Positions 32,335 to 37,865 of a DNA stretch of 37,865 bases are shown piece after piece; position 1 is the first letter of the stretch, and each line of letters opens with the position of its first letter. The stretch comes from Candidatus Hadarchaeota archaeon (GTDB lineage Archaea; Hadarchaeota; Hadarchaeia; Hadarchaeales; Hadarchaeaceae), in assembly GCA_964433595.1 (NCBI GenBank), contig CAYSRF010000002.1, forward strand, positions 1 through 37,865. Direction: 5' to 3'. The notes below the pieces were generated by a model. That model had not been told where the DNA came from. It searched no databases and saw only the letters and a program-made list of their open reading frames with translations. The translations under genes and the position numbers were made by a program.

Positions 32335-34050
32335 ATGAGTGGTTTCAAAGGGAGAGCTATGCAAGATATTTCCTTTCTGATAGGCGGGCAGGCCGGCGAT
32401 GGGGTAATGCGGACGGCAGAACTCTTGGGCAAAACCCTCAACCGCCTCGGCCTCTATGCCTTCGTCATAAACGACTACCAATCCCTCATCCGCGGCGGCC
32501 ACAACTTTTGTAAAGTGAGGGCCTCAGGCCGTCAGGTGTGGAGCCACCTGGAAGAGGTGGAATTGATCGCCGCCTTGGATCAGGACACCATAGCCCGCCA
32601 CGAGAATGAACTAACGAAGAGCGGGAGCGTCCTCTTCGACAGCGATAAGGCAAGTTATGAAGGGCCATACAAATCCTACTCCATCCCGCTTTCAGGTATG
32701 ATCAAGGAGGTTGAGGGCATCCCAATAATGAGGAACTCGGCCATGATCGGTGCCATCGCCCACCTATATGGCATACCACTCGAGTCCATAAACGAAATCT
32801 TGACGTGGGCTTACGGCAAAAGGGCCGATAAAAACATCAGGCTCGCGAAAATGGGGTACGACCACGCCAAGCAGAACTTTGATCCAATCCTTAAGCTCGA
32901 ATCCATCAAGCGCGACCCGACGCCCTTCATCTCAGGGGCTGAGGCTGTCTCGCTCGGGGCGGTCAAGGCTGGGATGAAGGTCTACATCGCTTACCCCATG
33001 ACCCCCTCGACCGGCATCCTCTCCTTTATGGGCACCCACCAGGATCAGCTCGGAATAGTAGCGATACATCCAGAAAACGAGATAGGGGTGGCGAACATGG
33101 CGCTGGGTGCCGCCTACGGTGGGGTTAGGTGCATGGTCGGCACAGCCGGGGGTGGTTTCGCGTTGATGCAGGAGGCCTTCAGCATGTCGGGTCAATCCGA
33201 GATCCCCGTGGTCTTTGTGGTGGGTCAGCGCCCGGCACCTGCTGTGGGAGTGCCGACTTACACGTCGCAGGCCGACCTGAGGTTCGTGCTTCACGCCGGA
33301 CATGGGGAGTTCCCCCGCATCGTGGTGGCCCCAGGAGATCCTGAGGAAGCGTTCGTAAATGCAGGCGAAGCTATGAATCTGGCTTGGAAGTATCAGGTTC
33401 CAGTGATAATCCTTATGGACAAGCACATGATTGAGAGCTACATGAGCATCGCGATTGACGAGCGGAAGGTGACCGTGCAGCCAAGTAGCGTAGCCGAAAG
33501 TTGGGAGGGGGAGTACAAACGATATGCATTCACAGATAGCGGAGTCTCCCCCATGGTCTTCCCCGGAACGTCTGGGGCGGTGGTCAAAGTCTCGAGCTAT
33601 GAACACAACGAGTACGGTCACGCAATCGAGACTCCGGAAGGCGTGACAAAGATGATGCAGAAGCGTCTACGCAAGATGGATGAAATAATCAAGGACCTCA
33701 AGGGGCGAGAGACCGTGAAAATTTACGGCGACCCAAAAGCAGAGAAATTGGTGGTGGCATGGGGATCCACTAAGGGGGCAGTGCTTGAAGCGATGCAGCT
33801 CATCAACAAGCCCCTGAAGTTTCTGCAAATTATGTATCTAAGCCCGTTCCCGGATTGGGAGGTGACGAAGCATCTAGATCAGGTAAAAGATATCGTCTGT
33901 GTCGAGGTCAACATGACCGGGCAGCTTCGTTCGCTCATCAAGGAGCAGACGGGGCACTACATCGAGAAGGCAATACTCAAGAATGACGGGAGACCCTTTG
34001 ACCCTGTGGGGCTCGCAGGGAAATTAAAGGAGGCATTCGGATGGACATGA
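32335..34050 (+). CDS. korA: 2-oxoacid:ferredoxin oxidoreductase subunit alpha (fused gamma-alpha type)
   Basis: N-terminal gamma-like GGQAGDGV and alpha-domain motifs (YPMTPST, ENEIGVANMALGA). The start may be ATG 32359. Confidence 0.8.
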   Translation: MSGFKGRAMQDISFLIGGQAGDGVMRTAELLGKTLNRLGLYAFVINDYQSLIRGGHNFCKVRASGRQVWSHLEEVELIAALDQDTIARHENELTKSGSVLFDSDKASYEGPYKSYSIPLSGMIKEVEGIPIMRNSAMIGAIAHLYGIPLESINEILTWAYGKRADKNIRLAKMGYDHAKQNFDPILKLESIKRDPTPFISGAEAVSLGAVKAGMKVYIAYPMTPSTGILSFMGTHQDQLGIVAIHPENEIGVANMALGAAYGGVRCMVGTAGGGFALMQEAFSMSGQSEIPVVFVVGQRPAPAVGVPTYTSQADLRFVLHAGHGEFPRIVVAPGDPEEAFVNAGEAMNLAWKYQVPVIILMDKHMIESYMSIAIDERKVTVQPSSVAESWEGEYKRYAFTDSGVSPMVFPGTSGAVVKVSSYEHNEYGHAIETPEGVTKMMQKRLRKMDEIIKDLKGRETVKIYGDPKAEKLVVAWGSTKGAVLEAMQLINKPLKFLQIMYLSPFPDWEVTKHLDQVKDIVCVEVNMTGQLRSLIKEQTGHYIEKAILKNDGRPFDPVGLAGKLKEAFGWT

Positions 34051-34892
34051 GGGAGTTCGACAGCACAGCCAAAAACACTTGGTGTCCCGGATGCGGAAAC
34101 TTCAGTATCCTCGCGACTGCCAAGCAGGCGATGGCTGAAATAGTGCAGTCTGGAGAGGTGAAGCCAGAGCAGATTGTCATATCATCTGGGGTCGGCTGCC
34201 ACGGCAAGATATCCGATTACATCAAGGTCAACAGCTTCTACTGTCTGCATGGGAGGGTAGTACCGTCCCTCATGGGCATAAAAGTTGCGAACCAGCGCCT
34301 GAAAGTTATCGGATTTGCAGGCGATGGCGACGCATACGACGAGGGGATCAGCCATCTCATCCACGCGGCCCGGAGAAATCTGGATGTCACTTACATCGTA
34401 CATAACAATCAAGTTTTCGCCTTGACCACCTCCCAAGTTACACCCACCACCCCCATAGGGTTCAAGACCAAGTCGGCCCCAAAGGGGAGCTTCGAAACTC
34501 CGCTTAACCCGCTACACCTGATGCTGGCGTGCGGCGCAACGTTCGTGGCCCGAGGCTTCACTGGGGACATAAGGCACCTGCACTCCCTCATCCTGCAAGC
34601 TGCTCGACACCGGGGCTTTGCCTTCATCGATGTACTCCAGCACTGCCCGAGTTTTAACCCCACTCTGGAGAAGTTCAAGCCCAAGATCTACGACCTCAAC
34701 AAAGAGGGACACAACGTCGAGGACTTCGCGGCCGCGTGGGAACGAGCGAAGGAGTTGGATGACCGGATTCCGATCGGGCTCTTTTACCGCGTGGAGAAGG
34801 AGATTTACGAGAATCAGTTGATGGGTGACCGAGCCCTAGTGGAAGAAAAGCCGTTACCCTCGGTTCAAAATGTGCTACAGGAATTTATGTAA
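34041..34892 (+). CDS. korB: 2-oxoacid:ferredoxin oxidoreductase subunit beta (TPP-binding)
   Basis: WCPGCGNFSIL and GDGDAYDEG motifs. It overlaps korA by 10 nt. Confidence 0.8.
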   Translation: MDMREFDSTAKNTWCPGCGNFSILATAKQAMAEIVQSGEVKPEQIVISSGVGCHGKISDYIKVNSFYCLHGRVVPSLMGIKVANQRLKVIGFAGDGDAYDEGISHLIHAARRNLDVTYIVHNNQVFALTTSQVTPTTPIGFKTKSAPKGSFETPLNPLHLMLACGATFVARGFTGDIRHLHSLILQAARHRGFAFIDVLQHCPSFNPTLEKFKPKIYDLNKEGHNVEDFAAAWERAKELDDRIPIGLFYRVEKEIYENQLMGDRALVEEKPLPSVQNVLQEFM

Positions 34893-35062
34893 ATTGCTAC
34901 GAGATTTGCGTTGTCATATTCTATCTATTTTTGGTTAAAGAACATATGCCAGTCCTGAAAAGATTGACCATAAAAGTTGAACCAACAGAATAAAAGAGAA
35001 AAAAGGTTTTATAGTGTGCACTGACAAGAAAAATAAGCAAAAAAGAGGAAGAGGTGGGAATA

Positions 35063-35404
35063 ATGCAGATGCAAAAGTGGAGGTGCACCGTCTGCGGCTA
35101 TATCTACGACGGAGACACCCCGCCCGAGAAGTGCCCGAATTGTGGAGCTCCCAAGGAGAAATTCGAGAAGCTTGCAGAGGACAAAGAAAAGCTGATAGAA
35201 AGATCGAGGTTGTCCAACTCGTTGCACGTGAAGCTTTCAGCGCTGCTGAGCGAGGTTGAAGAAGTTGCTTCAAAAGGTATAGAGGATAACTTGGACCCGA
35301 GATGTGTCGAGATATTTACCCAAGCAAAGGAGATGTCGTGGATGATACGGCAGAGGTCGAAGGCAGAGATTCAGACCCACGTGAACAAAGGAAAATGGGG
35401 TTGA
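35063..35404 (+). CDS. Rubredoxin-like zinc-ribbon protein with a helical C-terminal domain
   Basis: WRCTVCGYIYDGDTPPEKCPNCGAPKEKF. I prefer ATG 35063. Confidence 0.55.
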   Translation: MQMQKWRCTVCGYIYDGDTPPEKCPNCGAPKEKFEKLAEDKEKLIERSRLSNSLHVKLSALLSEVEEVASKGIEDNLDPRCVEIFTQAKEMSWMIRQRSKAEIQTHVNKGKWG

Positions 35405-35416
35405 GGAGGTGAGAAC

Positions 35417-36001
35417 ATGGTTGCTAAACGGGAACTGAAAGAAAGCAAAACTGAAAAAAATCTGCTCGCGGCATTTGCGGGGGAGTCGCAAGCCCGGAAC
35501 CGCTATACCTACTTCGCAGAGGTGGCCAGGAAGGAGGGGTACGAACAGATAGCAGCAATCTTCGAGGAGACGGCGTGGAACGAGCGGGCGCACGCCCGGC
35601 GGGAATTCGAGTTCCTGAAGGGTGGCGAGGTGGAAATTCAAGCAGCGTACCCTGCTGGAGTTATCGGCGACACCAAGGCCAACCTCAAGGCGGCGGCCGC
35701 GGGCGAGCACTATGAGTGGACGGAGATGTATCCGGGGTTCGAGAAAGTGGCCCGGGAGGAGGGATTCACCGAGATAGCTGGTGTATTCAAGGAAATCGGG
35801 GAAGTCGAAGAGCAACACGAGAAGCGATACCTGGCGCTGTTGAAAAACGTGGAGGAAGGGAAGGTATTCAAGAAGGACCGTCCGGTGAAATGGAAGTGCA
35901 GAAACTGTGGATATGCACATGAAGGACCATCCGCCCCGGAGAAGTGCCCGGCATGTGGATACCCGCAGAGTTTCTACGAGCTCCTCTGCGAGAACTACTA
36001 G
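35417..36001 (+). CDS. rbr: Rubrerythrin
   Basis: [23 protein letters not shown], the EHYEW di-iron helix, and the C-terminal rubredoxin-like WKCRNCGY...CPACG. Confidence 0.85.
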   Translation: MVAKRELKESKTEKNLLAAFAGESQARNRYTYFAEVARKEGYEQIAAIFEETAWNERAHARREFEFLKGGEVEIQAAYPAGVIGDTKANLKAAAAGEHYEWTEMYPGFEKVAREEGFTEIAGVFKEIGEVEEQHEKRYLALLKNVEEGKVFKKDRPVKWKCRNCGYAHEGPSAPEKCPACGYPQSFYELLCENY

Positions 36002-36095
36002 CTCTCATAGGAATGCGAAGTAAAGTAGACCTCGGGGTAAAGATGTAAGGGCGTGGGCTAGACTACCAATTCTGAGTCAGTCTAGGAGGGATTTG

Positions 36096-36890
36096 TCAAA
36101 TTACCCATCTGACTTCTTTCCGTATTTTATTCAGTATGTTCTCGGGCAAGCCAGTTATCCTCTTTAGATTCTCTAACCTATAGTCGAGCAAATCTTTCGC
36201 CAGCATTATTTTTGCTTGAAATAGTCTATCCTTGGTAAATCCGGTGACCGATCTCAAAATCGTCGCAGGGTACAATTTTTTCCTCTCTATCATCTTTTCA
36301 AGGCTTTCCTTCCCAGGATATCTCCAGCTAGTTATCTTTAAGCCCACGCACTTCGCGTATTTCCTCGCGTCCCTCGAACATTTGGTATTGCAGATCAGCC
36401 AAGTATGGTCAAACTTTTTATCTAGGTCTAGGAACCTGGCGTAGCTGTACATAACGACCTTTAGGTCCGTGTGTATCCCGGGGGCGTTATGGTACTTGCA
36501 TTCTATCAGATAGCGTTTGTTTCCCTTCTCCGCAACAATGTCAACCTCATGTGAGATGCATTTTCCCTTTAAGATATTACCGACCGTGGTTTTGTAACCG
36601 TAATTTCGAAGCGCCTCCGCCATAAACTCCTCAAAGGGGAAACCAGCTGGGCCGAGCGACATGATCGCTCGTTTTAAATCGTACCTGGTCGCAGCGCGCG
36701 GTTCCTTTCTGAGCAGTCGGAGGGTGAGGTTTAATATTTTCTTGGTGGTTATTCCATCGTAGGCCCTCTTTTCAACCTCTTCAACGATCTCATCCGCGAG
36801 CTTCCTCGACGCCCCAGCCCTCAAGCAGGTGTTTCGAATCTTCTCGGCGTTGAACTCTTCCCTTTCGCCCGACGCTTTTACCACGTACAT
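36096..36890 (-). CDS. ATP-cone domain fused to a PD-(D/E)xK restriction-endonuclease-like domain
   Basis: The N-terminal VVKASGEREEFNAEKIRNTCLRAG is an ATP-cone. The C-terminal HEVDIVAEKGNKRYLIECKYH is a D...ExK core. I prefer ATG 36890. Confidence 0.6.
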   Translation of the reverse strand: MYVVKASGEREEFNAEKIRNTCLRAGASRKLADEIVEEVEKRAYDGITTKKILNLTLRLLRKEPRAATRYDLKRAIMSLGPAGFPFEEFMAEALRNYGYKTTVGNILKGKCISHEVDIVAEKGNKRYLIECKYHNAPGIHTDLKVVMYSYARFLDLDKKFDHTWLICNTKCSRDARKYAKCVGLKITSWRYPGKESLEKMIERKKLYPATILRSVTGFTKDRLFQAKIMLAKDLLDYRLENLKRITGLPENILNKIRKEVRWVI

Positions 36891-36999
36891 CTTCGCCGCC
36901 GTACTACTAATGTCATTCCAGCTTAATATCAACAGCTTGAATCGAGCGTAAATCCTTTAAATTTATGAGTTAGAAGAATGAGCTTATGAAGGAATTTGA

Positions 37000-37533
37000 A
37001 TGATCGAGATAAGGTTTCACGGTCGCGGTGGACAAGGGGCAGTGACTGCAGCTAGGTTACTTGCCGAGGCGGCTTTTGCGGAGGGTAAACATAGCCAAGC
37101 TCTCCCATTTTTTGGCGCCGAGAGAAGAGGGGCGCCTGTGCTTGCGTTCACACGCATCGATAGCAAGCCAATTCGCACCCGCACGCAGATTTACGAACCT
37201 GACTATGTGGTGGTGCTAGACCCTTCGCTGCTAGAAGTTGTGAACGTCGCTTCTGGCATAAAGCATGGTGGGCTAATAGTGCTCAACTCTAAAAAAGCTG
37301 CGCAGTTCCCCAATGCTAAAACCGCTTTCGTCGATGCCACTTTAGTAGCGAAGGAAACGCTGGGAGTGCCGATAACGAATACATCTATGCTGGGGGCTTT
37401 TGCGAAGGCGACGAAGCTCGTGTCGTTAGACTCGCTCATAGATGTGATCAAAGGGCGCTTTTCCAGCAAACTTGCGGAGAAAAACGTCGCTGCGATAAAA
37501 GCGGCGTATGAACAAACAGAGGTGGGCGTGTGA
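37000..37533 (+). CDS. porG: Pyruvate/2-oxoacid:ferredoxin oxidoreductase gamma subunit
   Basis: [19 protein letters not shown]...FGAERRGAP. Confidence 0.8.
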
Positions 37534-37790
37534 AATTACCTCCTAGCACGATTGTCCTTGAGCCGGGGAATACTGTGCAAAATGAGACCGGCAGCTGGCG
37601 GAGCCTCAAACCGGTGGTCGATGCTGAAAAATGCACTGGCTGCGGGCTGTGCTGGCTTTATTGTCCTGAACCAGCGATCACCAAAGGCAAACCTGCCATT
37701 ATAGACTATCGATACTGTAAGGGCTGCGGCATCTGCGCCAATGAATGCCCTACCAAAGCGATAACGATGGTTGAGGAAGGACAAAAATGA
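37530..37790 (+). CDS. porD: Pyruvate:ferredoxin oxidoreductase delta subunit (2x[4Fe-4S])
   Basis: [13 protein letters not shown] and [12 protein letters not shown]. Confidence 0.8.
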   Translation: MKLPPSTIVLEPGNTVQNETGSWRSLKPVVDAEKCTGCGLCWLYCPEPAITKGKPAIIDYRYCKGCGICANECPTKAITMVEEGQK

Positions 37791-37865
37791 AGCAACTCAT
37801 TACTGGCGACGAAGCCGCTGCCATCGCTGCAAAGCTCGCGCGCGTCAAGGTCATCTCAGCTTACC
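37787..37865 (+). CDS. porA: Pyruvate:ferredoxin oxidoreductase alpha subunit, N-terminal 26 codons (continues beyond the window)
   Basis: ATGA overlap with por[27 protein letters not shown] is a typical PorA start. Confidence 0.6.
   Translation, partial: MKQLITGDEAAAIAAKLARVKVISAY

Noticed and set aside
1-37865. Search by eye for CRISPR arrays, rRNA genes, complete tRNA genes, integrases and transposases.
   Set aside because: None found. There are no regularly spaced 25-40-nt repeats, no cloverleaf-complete tRNA, and no ORF with tyrosine or serine recombinase or DDE or HUH transposase motifs. A computational scan (tRNAscan-SE, Infernal, CRISPR finders, HMMs) would be needed to exclude them formally.

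Overview
Archaeal chromosomal window. Evidence for archaeal origin: ribosomal proteins L40e and S26e, GGGP synthase, 2-oxoacid and pyruvate:ferredoxin oxidoreductases, rubrerythrin and a Dps-like ferritin. S26e suggests a TACK-type lineage. By eye, a GC-rich backbone (1-1735, about 3596-5570, 17680-18470, 26400-end) is interrupted by four AT-richer accessory blocks (about 1736-3595, 5571-15290, 15420-17680, 18470-26400). The blocks are separated by short GC-rich relics and truncated gene fragments. I recognised no integrase or transposase. The main candidate for a new system is the block at 5.7-15.3 kb. It holds a tightly coupled five-gene operon (RHH/zinc-ribbon regulator, queC, queE, GTP cyclohydrolase IB, queD) that makes preQ0. 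It also holds two divergently transcribed, highly divergent TGT-superfamily (DpdA-like) genes and two large ORFs (634 aa and about 264 aa) with no recognisable family. Two paralogous 46-49 aa ribbon-helix-helix genes there are missing from the ORF track, and their promoter regions share a TCTTTAGA/TCTAAAGA operator-like motif. This looks like a 7-deazaguanine DNA-modification, possibly modification-restriction, island without any recognisable DpdB-K partner. Other accessory content: an Nmad2-like plus HhH-glycosylase-like pair next to a ParB-like gene; an HD-phosphohydrolase plus PD-(D/E)xK-like pair bracketed by about 80-nt direct repeats with a covarying hairpin; an 882-aa WD40/Roc-GTPase/TIR protein; and an Mrr-like nuclease operon. 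All family assignments come from motif recognition by eye. No database search was run.
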